The position numbers were made by a program, and so were the translations under genes. A model generated the notes under the pieces. The model did not search any database. It saw only the letters and a program-made list of their open reading frames with translations, and was not told where the DNA came from. From a virus: 64,000 nucleotides of DNA. Below, in pieces: positions 49,892 to 59,245 of the stretch (its first letter is position 1; each line of letters starts with the position of its first letter). The stretch is from the IMG/VR virus record IMGVR_UViG_3300020439_000005, positions 1-64,000 of that record; one strand, given 5' to 3'.

Positions 49892-51403
49892 TCATGCTCC
49901 GAAGACTCGAACCTCGGGCATGCCTATATCCTCGACTAACTCTGCCGCTAACCTTGCATAGAGCAAGGCGTGGAATGCGTGGTCATCTCCGTCACGTCCA
50001 TACTTAGTCAACTTCTGACCCCGAATCGGTCGAGTGTCTTTCTCATCTGTTTCTGCTGACGAGTTCAAACTGCACCACTCATGTAGGACCCACTCTAGTG
50101 AAGTATCTCCGTAGGGAAGTCGTATCTCGTTATTCTTGATTGCCTCAATCGTTTCTTCGACATAGGTCGTTCTGTCGACCACTAACATGTAAATCAGATT
50201 TCGATTATTGTCTCGTCTCTTGTACTCGAACGGAGTCATGGGCCGAGATGAATAGTAGCACGAACGGACACGCTCGCCGAACTCCTGTTGTAGTTCCTTG
50301 ACCTGCCTCGCTCCATATCCTATATCTGCGACCACCTGTGTACAGTTGTAGCGTAGCATTAGGTCTTTGATGACCGCTACCTCATCTGAGTCGTGGTCGG
50401 CCCTAGAATCGAGTTTCAGAGCGTTTAGAATAGTACCATCTTTCTTCATGATAACTACTGTCGTCTCGTTCCCCCAATCAATACCCATCACTGATTCATC
50501 CGGCGGGGTCAAACCTTTCTCGTTCTTCACCAACGTACCATCTGCGGCTTGTAATGCCACGTCGAATGTAAGGGGCTTCGTAGCACCTGCGAAGAACTCA
50601 CCCAAAACTTCGTTTGCGAATCTTCGTGGAGTGTATGTGTTCCTCTTGTATTCAATTTCCTCATCGTCAATATCGGGGTGCATGGCTTGGCTGATGTGAT
50701 AGCCGATTATGTCCGACTCTCCGTGAACCCACTTCTCACCATCCCACTCTCCCTTAGTTGACTTCTCCCATAGTTTCCAAAACTCTGAACCCTGCTCACG
50801 TGCAGTACCCGATACAACCACCCACTTATACTCGGACTGAGCAAGCATCTCAATCAACATCGGCAAAACATCAGCGTCGGAGTCTTGGTATTCGTCAATG
50901 CAACATAGGTCCGCTTCGACACCAAGCAACGCATGTGCGTCACCCCAATTGGAATAGGCATAGAAGTGATTGAGATTTCTTGCTCCAATATCGAATGTTT
51001 GGTGACTGACCGAAGTCTTGATTCTCGGCTTCATCAGACACCCATTATTGATTGACGACATTAAGGCTCCATTGAATCTCTCATCAACAAACCTAGTCAC
51101 CTGTGGTTGTCTAGGAGCGGTGTAAACTGCGTTGAAGTATGGTATGTTCATAAGGCCGTACATCAATAGATTACAGATAGTCTCAGTCTTCTCGACTTTA
51201 CGACTACACTTGAGAACGACCATCTTCGTTTTCTTAGATTTCTGAGTCGCTCCGAAATGTCGGTATATCTCAATCAGATAAGGACGCTCATGCAGTAGGA
51301 ATGGACCGCCGTTAATGGTACGGAAGTATTGCGACCACCTGTCGGGATAGAGAGCAATTTCTCTAGCCTGTTCCGGTGTGAGACGGGCGTCACCCTCGGC
51401 CAT
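49892..51403 (-). CDS. terL: Terminase large subunit
   Basis: KCSRKVEKTE (GpA-like Walker A), CCIDEYQD, VSGTA, MGIDWG, VADIGYG, DDHAFHA. Confidence 0.85.
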   Translation of the reverse strand: MAEGDARLTPEQAREIALYPDRWSQYFRTINGGPFLLHERPYLIEIYRHFGATQKSKKTKMVVLKCSRKVEKTETICNLLMYGLMNIPYFNAVYTAPRQPQVTRFVDERFNGALMSSINNGCLMKPRIKTSVSHQTFDIGARNLNHFYAYSNWGDAHALLGVEADLCCIDEYQDSDADVLPMLIEMLAQSEYKWVVVSGTAREQGSEFWKLWEKSTKGEWDGEKWVHGESDIIGYHISQAMHPDIDDEEIEYKRNTYTPRRFANEVLGEFFAGATKPLTFDVALQAADGTLVKNEKGLTPPDESVMGIDWGNETTVVIMKKDGTILNALKLDSRADHDSDEVAVIKDLMLRYNCTQVVADIGYGARQVKELQQEFGERVRSCYYSSRPMTPFEYKRRDNNRNLIYMLVVDRTTYVEETIEAIKNNEIRLPYGDTSLEWVLHEWCSLNSSAETDEKDTRPIRGQKLTKYGRDGDDHAFHALLYARLAAELVEDIGMPEVRVFGA

Positions 51404-51438
51404 GAGGGGGACTACGCCCCGTCATGGTATTTCACGGT

Positions 51439-52206
51439 TCAAGCCCTTTCAATGGTGCTGTATTGGTCAACCCACTCCTCGGCAGTCCTTCGGTCAGAGA
51501 CGGTCATGATGATGCCTCCTGTGTCCCTGTCGACGATGTTCCACCTGCCGCCGACCGCTTCATGAATGTCGACTCGTACGTTTTCGTACTGCTCCTCTTG
51601 AACCGCCCGTCCGGTCTTTGTCGACCATGGTAGTCCCCAATTCTTAGCACAGGTTGGACCGTAGCCATGTGCGGTGCTACGCTCGTCCTTCAATGGTAGG
51701 TGGCAGAAGCAACAGCGACCTGTCTTCGCTCCATAGTTAATGGCGGCATTTACAGGGTCGGCGTTTAGGTCGTCGATTAGTTGGGTGTACTGTGCATTCG
51801 TCGCTTCGTCCAATGAGCGAAGAAGTTGTAGCGAACCTCGGGATGATACTTTACCTACGTAGTCCCCTAGGTTGGCCTTGAGATAGATTGCTCCGGGATT
51901 GCGTCCTGTTGCAGGTGCTAGAGAGATTTGAAGTTCGGAAAAGTCGTTCATGAAAGTGACCTTTGGCTTCTTGAGATTTTCACCGGCTCGGGTCAACAGA
52001 GATACTAGAGGCATGTATGGGCCTTCGTCTAGGTTGGACTTATTGGTCGCCCCGTACTGAACGATTCGGTCAAGGATTGCTATTTGCCTGTCCGATAGGT
52101 GTTTGCCATTGGCTAACTGCTTCTCGATTGACTCGACGAAGCCCTTTTCCCACTCGTTCTTAGCGTTCTGCTTTGCGGTCTCTATGGTTGTTGCACTGTT
52201 GTTCAT
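51439..52206 (-). CDS. DUF6011-like zinc-finger protein (class A promoter)
   Basis: GRCCFCHLPLKDERSTAHGYGPTCA. Confidence 0.75.
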   Translation of the reverse strand: MNNSATTIETAKQNAKNEWEKGFVESIEKQLANGKHLSDRQIAILDRIVQYGATNKSNLDEGPYMPLVSLLTRAGENLKKPKVTFMNDFSELQISLAPATGRNPGAIYLKANLGDYVGKVSSRGSLQLLRSLDEATNAQYTQLIDDLNADPVNAAINYGAKTGRCCFCHLPLKDERSTAHGYGPTCAKNWGLPWSTKTGRAVQEEQYENVRVDIHEAVGGRWNIVDRDTGGIIMTVSDRRTAEEWVDQYSTIERA

Positions 52207-52228
52207 GTACCGTGGGACAGGCTACGCC

Positions 52229-52252
52229 TATATAACAACTTAGTTTTGTGAG
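52229..52252 (-). promoter_or_regulatory. Class A promoter overlapping the end of the upstream gene
   Basis: CTCACAAAACTAAGTTGTTATATA, 22 nt to ATG 52206. Confidence 0.75.
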
Positions 52253-52695
52253 TCTGTTTCTTGCTTGATTAGTCGTCTGAATACTGCACCCGGAGATTCC
52301 CCGTAGTCTTCTCTCATTTTTTGGAGATAGTTGAGTTCAGATTCTCCAACGATAACTGATAGCGTCTTACGGACGGGCTTAGGTTCGATAATGTCGGGGT
52401 CTTCGATTGCCTCGTTCATGGAAATTGAATAGCCGAGTTTTACTCTCGGGTTGCCGTGATGATTTACTCCGTTCTTCGATACAACTACGGTCTCGATTCC
52501 CGAGTTTTCGTCACGTGCTAGTTTCTTCAAGTCGAATGTTAACTGTCGTGCTGTCCTCTGCATGTTGTGAGGCAGGTCGGGGTCTGCGTTGAACCTCTCT
52601 GCTATTTCTGCCGACGTCAGTACGTCGTGACCCTGTCTCTTTGCAGTCAGTAGTGCTTTGCGTATTATTTTCTTCTGTGTCTTTTTCAAACTCAT
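52240..52695 (-). CDS. Putative transcription regulator (wHTH + ribbon-helix-helix)
   Basis: LTSAEIAERF..ARQLTFDLKKL; C-terminal RKTLSVIV..ELNYLQKM..SPGAVFRRLI. Confidence 0.55.
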   Translation of the reverse strand: MSLKKTQKKIIRKALLTAKRQGHDVLTSAEIAERFNADPDLPHNMQRTARQLTFDLKKLARDENSGIETVVVSKNGVNHHGNPRVKLGYSISMNEAIEDPDIIEPKPVRKTLSVIVGESELNYLQKMREDYGESPGAVFRRLIKQETDSQN

Positions 52696-54470
52696 GATTT
52701 AACCTCCTTAATTTGGATTTCTCCTTCGGCACAGTGAGGACACGGGCATACCTCTTGAGACCAACCTCTAGGCATGGTCAAGATAACTCGACCGTTGCAT
52801 GTCGTACACCGAGATTCACGGTGGTTGAAGCCTAGGGGAGGGGCACCGCCTAGGTTGACGGTGATAGGTGGCCTAGCGTCCTTCCATGAAGCGACGAATG
52901 TTGATTTGTGGGTCGGTCGTGGAACCGCCGACCCGTCTGTACCTGCTCGGGCCATTTCACTCCACATAGGAGCGGACGTTTTGGCTTGATAAAGCACTCG
53001 GAGCGGAGCGTGGTATTTCACTTCGGAAGGAAGCGAGTTCGTAGTCGAGTCCCATAAAGCCAACAACCCGTCTGTTTTGTATTTTCTACCCACTCGGTCC
53101 ATGCTACGGGTTGGAATAACTGCGTCTGCTACGGTTAGTTTACTTAGGACGGTGTGTTGTTTTAACTCAACAACCAAACCAACACAAATGCCGTATTTGA
53201 GTCTCGTAGCGAGAGTAAAGTCTTGAGCATTTTTACTACTGATTGGCACCGGCAAACGCCCGCTTCTAATTTCATGCTCTAAGGTGTTCATAGAACCTTT
53301 GTCGTCCGATTGCCACTTCACAATTTTAGGTTGGACTGCTCGCTCCCCATAATGCGGTCCTCTTTTGATTGTCTTCGGCAATTGTTCTATTGGAGATTCG
53401 ATAAGTTCGATTCTCTCGAATGGTAGTTGCTTTCGGAACATTTCTTTGAAATTATGCGTCCCCTTACCTAATGGCATTTCCACGTCAGCCTCCTTCCATA
53501 TTCGATTGAGACTCCTCATTTGGAAGAAGCCCAATTTCCGATGTATGAATAGCACCATTTCCCTACTGACTATTAGTGGGATTATGTCTGCATTACCGAA
53601 TACAGTACGACAGTCGTGGTACAACGGAATGTTGTCGTCGTCGTTCACATAGTAGTCTATGGTGGTGAAATATGGAGTGTATAGGTCATTGGATAATTTC
53701 TCCTTGACTGCGTCAGTAGCGAAGTATGTCGTCATAAGGTCGTAGGGTCTACCCTCGCCTGTGACTAATGGGACGACACTCCAAGGTCTGATTTCATGTC
53801 TGTTGATTACTCCGCATTTTTCGTGCTTGTATGGTCTGACGGGGTGTTGTGCGAAGTACCCGCTTAGGTACCCATTGGGTGTTCTGTCGGCTCCCGCTTG
53901 ATTCGACGCCATGGATTGAAAGAAATTGAAAACGTCGTTTGCCGGTACGAGTTGTCTCATTGTCTTAGCCATGACGTTCCCTAATTTGTCTCCCCACCAC
54001 CTGTGGCCCTTTCTAGCCGACTCATAGAGGCTGTATAGAGCCGTCTGAGCCTTCGCTAGGTCTTCGACCCTCGCTATTGGTTCTTCGTCGCTTGAGACGG
54101 CTCTAATGGCCCTTCTTGAGTCTGATAGGTTTCCGGTCGGATGGTACCGCCCGATTGGTTCGTTTGATACTTCTTTCATGTACAACCTACCGATTTCGGC
54201 TACGCCCTCTGCAAACTTCTGTTCGTTGGGGTCTAGTTCACTAGAAGATGAGTGAGGATGGCATAATTGATAGAAAGCGGCGGCGGCATTCGCCGATGAC
54301 TCGAATGCGTGAGCGGGCTTGAAGTCGCCGACCTTGAAGTCGCCGAGGATTTGGTCGAAGTATGGCATTTCCATGAGTTCGTGGACCTCTGCCATTTCGA
54401 CGAATAAGTTGTTCAACATTGATGCCGCCGTGTTTTCGCCCATTGTGCTTCTCTTTGGTGCCGCCTTCAT
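52692..54470 (-). CDS. Hypothetical protein (592 aa) with C-terminal zinc ribbon
   Basis: CTTC...CPHC; overlaps the vWA gene by ATGA. Confidence 0.6.
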   Translation of the reverse strand: MKAAPKRSTMGENTAASMLNNLFVEMAEVHELMEMPYFDQILGDFKVGDFKPAHAFESSANAAAAFYQLCHPHSSSSELDPNEQKFAEGVAEIGRLYMKEVSNEPIGRYHPTGNLSDSRRAIRAVSSDEEPIARVEDLAKAQTALYSLYESARKGHRWWGDKLGNVMAKTMRQLVPANDVFNFFQSMASNQAGADRTPNGYLSGYFAQHPVRPYKHEKCGVINRHEIRPWSVVPLVTGEGRPYDLMTTYFATDAVKEKLSNDLYTPYFTTIDYYVNDDDNIPLYHDCRTVFGNADIIPLIVSREMVLFIHRKLGFFQMRSLNRIWKEADVEMPLGKGTHNFKEMFRKQLPFERIELIESPIEQLPKTIKRGPHYGERAVQPKIVKWQSDDKGSMNTLEHEIRSGRLPVPISSKNAQDFTLATRLKYGICVGLVVELKQHTVLSKLTVADAVIPTRSMDRVGRKYKTDGLLALWDSTTNSLPSEVKYHAPLRVLYQAKTSAPMWSEMARAGTDGSAVPRPTHKSTFVASWKDARPPITVNLGGAPPLGFNHRESRCTTCNGRVILTMPRGWSQEVCPCPHCAEGEIQIKEVKS

Positions 54471-56764
54471 TGTACCACCCTGTTAGTTCTAACTCGGTCT
54501 AGCATGTCCTCGATGAGGAACAGACCTTTGTCGACGATTTGGTCGATGCCCGAGATTGATAGAGAATGTTCGTAGTACCTGTCGACCGGAGAACCGCAAA
54601 CGCCGAGAGCGAATACTTCGACTCCCCTTGGTGGGTTGGCGGCTACGTTCTTCAAGTCTTGACTGACTGATACGTTGGTTGGTGCAGGTCCGGCAGGTGC
54701 CCCGTCTGAGATAGTGAAGACCATGTTAGCCGCTACTTCTTTCGGCATTTCGGCTAGCCTGTTGTAGCACCAATTCAACGCACGTCCGTCAGAGTTCTCT
54801 GAGCCTGTGGAAGGCAGAGCGATTGCCGCTTTGGTTCGGTCGCATAGTGGGTTCGAGTAAAGTTTGTTGACTGCAATTTGAGTACCGCCGACGGTGCCTA
54901 TGTCGTAGTGGGATGAGAAGTCAACCACTTCGACGTTGAAGCCGAGCCTGTGGAAAACTTCGTGGAATACGATTGAAGCGTTAGCGGCGTGGTGTGCCCT
55001 AGAGCCACCTGTGACTCCCTCAGAATGACCACCCATGGAACCGGATGCGTCGACTAGAAGAATGACGTTAGCCGATGGGTCGTCCTGTATGTTCCTCTTT
55101 CTGAATAGGTTGCGAGAAGTGCCGTAGCGGGATAGTCTGCGTGTGTCTAGTCTGCCTCTGCGTAGGTGGGTGTTCCAACGGGTGTCTAGCCCTAGAAGTC
55201 GGCGTGTGTAAAGGTCGACTAGAGTCTGTATTGTGTCCTCGTATTTCTCGACGGTTGCTTCGTAGTGTTCGGCGGCGGCTTCGATGTTGTCGACCCTGCC
55301 GTCTAGCCTGTACCCGCTTCGGGTTTGGCGTGTGTCGAAGAAGTCAACCACTTTCATGTAGTGGCCTGTGTCGTCCGGTCCGTTGGTGACTAGGTCGATA
55401 CCTGCGTATGCCTCGGTTGCTTCGTACTCGTAGTCGGCTTCGTCGTTAAGAGCCTCGTAGTCCTCAACCTCCATGCACTCGATTGCTTCTCTCATGATGG
55501 TCTCCATGTCGAACATTTCTCCATTGGAAGTTATGATTGTGTTTTGACCGATTCCACCGTACCCTGCTAGGCCGTCGTCGTCAGCCTCAGTATTACCTGC
55601 GTCACCGGAGATTTCTGTCTCGTCGTATTCGCCGATGGTGCCGTCTAGTTCTCCACCTGCTACACCTTCGCCGACTTCTCCGTCTGCGTCTGCGTCGCCT
55701 GTGGTACTACCCATACCGTCTTCACCCTCTCCTGTACCCTCTGCGTCGCTCTCAGAGCCGTCTTCGGCGTCACCTAGGCCCAAACTACCTGTTGACTCTC
55801 CTTCGCCCTCAGATTCGCTCTCTGAGAGTTTGGATGCTTCTTCGGCGTCTTCTTTGGTTGGTGTGGTTCTCTCGTCGAAGCGAGTTGGACTAACGTCCTC
55901 GGCTTCTTCGCCGGTTTCGGCTTGATTCTTTGCTGACTCTGTGATTTCTCCTTTTGTGTGTGAGTCCATGGAGTCCATTGAGAAGCCCTCCATGCCCTCC
56001 ATAGGCAAACCTGCCTCGGACATGTCTCGGTCCATTTCACCCAATGGGAAATGTCGGCGGATTACTTCGATAACTCGGCGAGCCTGTCTAATGACCTCCA
56101 TAGTGTTAGGTTGATTGATTGCGTTTTGGTAAAGTGGGCGAGCCTCGTCGATACATGCTACTACTCCTTCGTCGTCGAAGAAGTGAGGGGTGTTGTTGAT
56201 GGTCTCGCACATGATAGCGGTCATGACTGCGGATAGTCTGTTTGACTCGTCAATGTCCTGTGTAGCCCAACGTGCCCTGTGCATGTTGGTGTAGTGGTTG
56301 TTGGTGAATGAGACCCTTTTACCGGAACCGGGGAAGTCCTGTCCGAGAAGATGGTTAATTCGAGTGTCCTCTAGTATGTTGACCATGTGGTGAATTAGTG
56401 GGTCGTCTTTGCCGTTCGCAACAGTCCTTCGTAGTGAGTCCCATGAACCAAAGTCTGTGTAGCGAAGGTGCCCTGCCGCTTCGTGGGCTAGGATTGCTTC
56501 TTGAGCCAAAAGGTTCGCCGCTTCGTCTCCCTCGATTGCAGTCTGAGGAACCCACACGGTTTTGCCGTCTGTGCATGCTCGACCGGATGGGTCGAGTACA
56601 ACCTTAGTTGCTGATGCTCCACCCTGTCCGTACTCGCCGGATAGAACCCTAGCGACCTGTGCTAGTCTGCGTTGTCTCGCTCTAAAGCGGAAGGCGTCGT
56701 CTTTTGGCTTGTTGATTATTCCCGCCATGGGGTTGTCGAAGTTGGCGTCGGCTAGCATGTCCAT
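54467..56764 (-). CDS. CobT-like vWA protein with N-terminal metallopeptidase-like domain and acidic linker
   Basis: ACTDGK, AHEAAGH, NILEDTRI; GRLDTRRL; MIDAS DASGS, TISDG. Confidence 0.85.
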   Translation of the reverse strand: MDMLADANFDNPMAGIINKPKDDAFRFRARQRRLAQVARVLSGEYGQGGASATKVVLDPSGRACTDGKTVWVPQTAIEGDEAANLLAQEAILAHEAAGHLRYTDFGSWDSLRRTVANGKDDPLIHHMVNILEDTRINHLLGQDFPGSGKRVSFTNNHYTNMHRARWATQDIDESNRLSAVMTAIMCETINNTPHFFDDEGVVACIDEARPLYQNAINQPNTMEVIRQARRVIEVIRRHFPLGEMDRDMSEAGLPMEGMEGFSMDSMDSHTKGEITESAKNQAETGEEAEDVSPTRFDERTTPTKEDAEEASKLSESESEGEGESTGSLGLGDAEDGSESDAEGTGEGEDGMGSTTGDADADGEVGEGVAGGELDGTIGEYDETEISGDAGNTEADDDGLAGYGGIGQNTIITSNGEMFDMETIMREAIECMEVEDYEALNDEADYEYEATEAYAGIDLVTNGPDDTGHYMKVVDFFDTRQTRSGYRLDGRVDNIEAAAEHYEATVEKYEDTIQTLVDLYTRRLLGLDTRWNTHLRRGRLDTRRLSRYGTSRNLFRKRNIQDDPSANVILLVDASGSMGGHSEGVTGGSRAHHAANASIVFHEVFHRLGFNVEVVDFSSHYDIGTVGGTQIAVNKLYSNPLCDRTKAAIALPSTGSENSDGRALNWCYNRLAEMPKEVAANMVFTISDGAPAGPAPTNVSVSQDLKNVAANPPRGVEVFALGVCGSPVDRYYEHSLSISGIDQIVDKGLFLIEDMLDRVRTNRVVQ

Positions 56765-56773
56765 CAGTCCCGC

Positions 56774-57520
56774 TCACCTAGTATGCCTATATGAACCTAG
56801 CGTTTTGTGGTACTGTGGTTTTCGGTATTGCTGAGTTCTGCTTCGTAGCAGTTTCACATTGTCCCATGATACCATGCTAAGGTCCTCCGTAGTCCATGCT
56901 CGACTGTGTAGTTCGTGAGCCTCCTGTACTCGGATTGGATTTTCGTTATTGTAAAGTGCAGATTTCAAAACTGCGATTGGATGGGTTGTTTGAGATGGAT
57001 GAGCAACTCCTGTGAGGATTGCCTTAGTCACGTCGGGTTCTGTGATTCCGTCTATTGTGTAGCCGTCTCCAAAAGTAATGAGTGAATTGTATGCCGTATT
57101 CCACGATTTGCATTGAGCCGCAACCTCTCTGATAATGTCCTCGTCCTCGTTGATGCCGAGATGGTGTGATAGGCTTAACAGATATTCAGTCAACTCCGCT
57201 TTAGATGGTGCGGGGTTGTATGTCGATTTTGCTACTCTGCGTATTGCGTATGGGACCGTTTCTAGGTGTTGGACCTCGATTACCATTTGAGGCGGCGAAG
57301 CCGTCAGAGCGGCTCTAACGGCATTCCATTCAGACTTCGTGAAATGCTCTGCCTCAAGCAGAGCGATTCGACCTTGACCAAAGAAGGACGGATGCCTAGA
57401 GTCCTGTATGATTTTCTTCGGGTTGTCTCCACGTACCACTTCAAGACCTAGGACCTCGGCCCTGTCTAGGATGGCAGTCGTTTTACCCGAGCCTGTTGGA
57501 CCGTGTATGATTTCAAGCAT
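56774..57520 (-). CDS. Replication factor C large-subunit-like AAA+ clamp loader
   Basis: IIHGPTGSGKT, LGLEVV, SFFGQGRIALLEAE, lid helix IIREVAAQC..AYNSL; likely start 57520. Confidence 0.6.
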   Translation of the reverse strand: MLEIIHGPTGSGKTTAILDRAEVLGLEVVRGDNPKKIIQDSRHPSFFGQGRIALLEAEHFTKSEWNAVRAALTASPPQMVIEVQHLETVPYAIRRVAKSTYNPAPSKAELTEYLLSLSHHLGINEDEDIIREVAAQCKSWNTAYNSLITFGDGYTIDGITEPDVTKAILTGVAHPSQTTHPIAVLKSALYNNENPIRVQEAHELHSRAWTTEDLSMVSWDNVKLLRSRTQQYRKPQYHKTLGSYRHTR

Positions 57521-57683
57521 GCTCAGAAGGGACGAAGGAGTCGATTGTCGTTTGACCCTCAGAGGGAGTCCATGCGGGTCTCCCTGCTTGAAGGATTGTG
57601 TCGACGATTCGCTCAAGATTCATCACCCTCTCATTCAACTCAATAATTCTCGCTTCTAGTTGTTCTCTAGTCTGTTCAACCAT
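57513..57683 (-). CDS. Small coiled-coil protein with PIP-box-like QTTIDSF
   Basis: MVEQTREQLEARIIELNERVMNLE...GQTTIDSF; class B promoter 16 nt upstream. Confidence 0.6.
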   Translation of the reverse strand: MVEQTREQLEARIIELNERVMNLERIVDTILQAGRPAWTPSEGQTTIDSFVPSEHA

Positions 57684-57699
57684 GCTCCTATTCGACAGT

Positions 57700-57713
57700 C
57701 CCACCTTTATGAA
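57700..57713 (-). promoter_or_regulatory. Class B promoter
   Basis: TTCATAAAGGTGGG, 16 nt to ATG 57683. Confidence 0.6.
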
Positions 57714-57722
57714 AGGTCGACT

Positions 57723-57802
57723 CTGAGGGGTGGTGGAGAAGGGGATGATTACAACAACCAATTGAGGGGGTTGCCGCCCCTTCTCCGTGGCTCCCCCCTC
57801 AG
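57723..57802 (-). other. Structured 3' element (pseudoknot or long hairpin) after the MoxR gene
   Basis: UGAGGGGG/CCCCCUCA and GGAGAAGGGG/CCCCUUCUCC stems. Confidence 0.55.
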
Positions 57803-59004
57803 TAGTCAGACAACCTCGCTCGGGCAGTCATTTTGACTGTCTCGATTTCTCTAGGGGTAAATTTCCCTAGGAATGATTCGTCGATTGCTTCTTGAATTGA
57901 GAAGCCGTCTCTTAGGTCCATGAGTATGTGGATGATAGAACGTGTTGAGACGTCCGATGTGATACCCTTTCGGTTGGCCTTGAGAGTACGAAGGTCGTTC
58001 GCTAGATTGACCAACTCTTGAGCAACTCTGTTATTCATGAAGCCGGATTGTTGTTGTACAACCTGCAACTCCTTCTCAGCAGGGAGATAGTCGACCGCAA
58101 AGGAGCGGCTGAACCTGTTGCGGAACGCTTCGTTCTGTTCGTTGGTTCCGGCATAACCCGGATTGTATGTACCAATGACCATGAAGCCCTCCTTTGCTCT
58201 AACTACTCTGTTAGCGTCGTCCGGCAATACTACGAAGCCGGAGTCCATAGCCGAGAACATAGCAATTTGAGTGTTGTCTCGCATGGCGTTGATTTCGTCG
58301 CAGATTAGAGGGATTCCGTTCTCCATAGCGTTTACTAGGATTCCGTCGATGTAGCGAGTCTCGCCGTCCGCTAGGTCTAGTCGACCGAGCAGAGTTTCTT
58401 CACTAACACCGTCGCTCATGTTGATTCTGAGTACGGGTGTGTTTAGGTGTGCGAAAAACTCTCTAGCCATTAGCGATTTACCGGAGCCTGTTGGTCCGAA
58501 TGCCGCTACGTGGCAGTTGACCGTGTCTCCGCCTAGAGAACGCCTTAGCATGGCACCTAAGTGCCTAAACTCATTTCTTGAAGATTCCATGTAGCCAACT
58601 ACGGATGGGATTTGTTGTTGAAGGTCCTCGGACCAACTCTCAGCGTCGCTTCTAGCGATACCATAGAATGTACCGTGGGGAGCGTCTTCGTCTGATACTG
58701 TGTTAGCGACCTTTACTTCGTACGAACCGATGCCGCCTAGTTCTCCGTTAGCCAATGACTCTGCCATTTCTGCTAGCCATATTTGCTTGTCTGTTCCGAT
58801 AGTGACTCTTTCGACACCTGCACCCGCTAGTCTTGAGCGAGTAAAGGCATTCTTCTTCAAGGAGTCTATGGATGCGGCGTTTTCTTCTCCCACGTTAGAG
58901 ACAATAATTTCTCTAACGGCTTCAATAAAGGTAGCCTCGTCTACCTTCCCGCCGTGTCGTTCGCATGCTTCTCTCATAGCCAATTGTGTGCTGTTTCGTG
59001 CCAT
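57799..59004 (-). CDS. MoxR/CbbQ/CobS-family AAA+ ATPase
   Basis: GPTGSGKS, LICDEIN, GTYNPGYAGT, EAFRNRF, STRSI. Confidence 0.9.
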   Translation of the reverse strand: MARNSTQLAMREACERHGGKVDEATFIEAVREIIVSNVGEENAASIDSLKKNAFTRSRLAGAGVERVTIGTDKQIWLAEMAESLANGELGGIGSYEVKVANTVSDEDAPHGTFYGIARSDAESWSEDLQQQIPSVVGYMESSRNEFRHLGAMLRRSLGGDTVNCHVAAFGPTGSGKSLMAREFFAHLNTPVLRINMSDGVSEETLLGRLDLADGETRYIDGILVNAMENGIPLICDEINAMRDNTQIAMFSAMDSGFVVLPDDANRVVRAKEGFMVIGTYNPGYAGTNEQNEAFRNRFSRSFAVDYLPAEKELQVVQQQSGFMNNRVAQELVNLANDLRTLKANRKGITSDVSTRSIIHILMDLRDGFSIQEAIDESFLGKFTPREIETVKMTARARLSDY

Positions 59005-59074
59005 TTTTTATTCCTCATTGGTTGTTCATTTGTTGGGTCCCGCTATCATGTCGGGCAGGTCGTCGTAGAAGATT

Positions 59075-59227
59075 CTACTTATCAATGTTTGCACGTATAG
59101 TGGTTCTCGGGTATATCCTACAACACTTTGCACAAGCCTTGATGTCTTTTCCATTCGTTCTCGGTATGACCTTCTTACACATAACACACACATACGTGGG
59201 TTTAGTGTGGTCCTTCCGCTTCGCCAT
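59075..59227 (-). CDS. Small zinc-finger protein (50 aa), not in ORF track
   Basis: MAKRKDHTKPTYVCVMCKK...ACAKCC...; class B promoter 18 nt upstream. Confidence 0.55.
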   Translation of the reverse strand: MAKRKDHTKPTYVCVMCKKVIPRTNGKDIKACAKCCRIYPRTTIRANIDK

Positions 59228-59245
59228 ACAACGAAAGAGCAGAGT

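Noticed and set aside
57690-57801. Stop-codon readthrough of the MoxR gene stimulated by the pseudoknot
   Set aside because: Readthrough adds only about 36 uninformative residues before TAG, and the stem includes the stop itself rather than lying downstream
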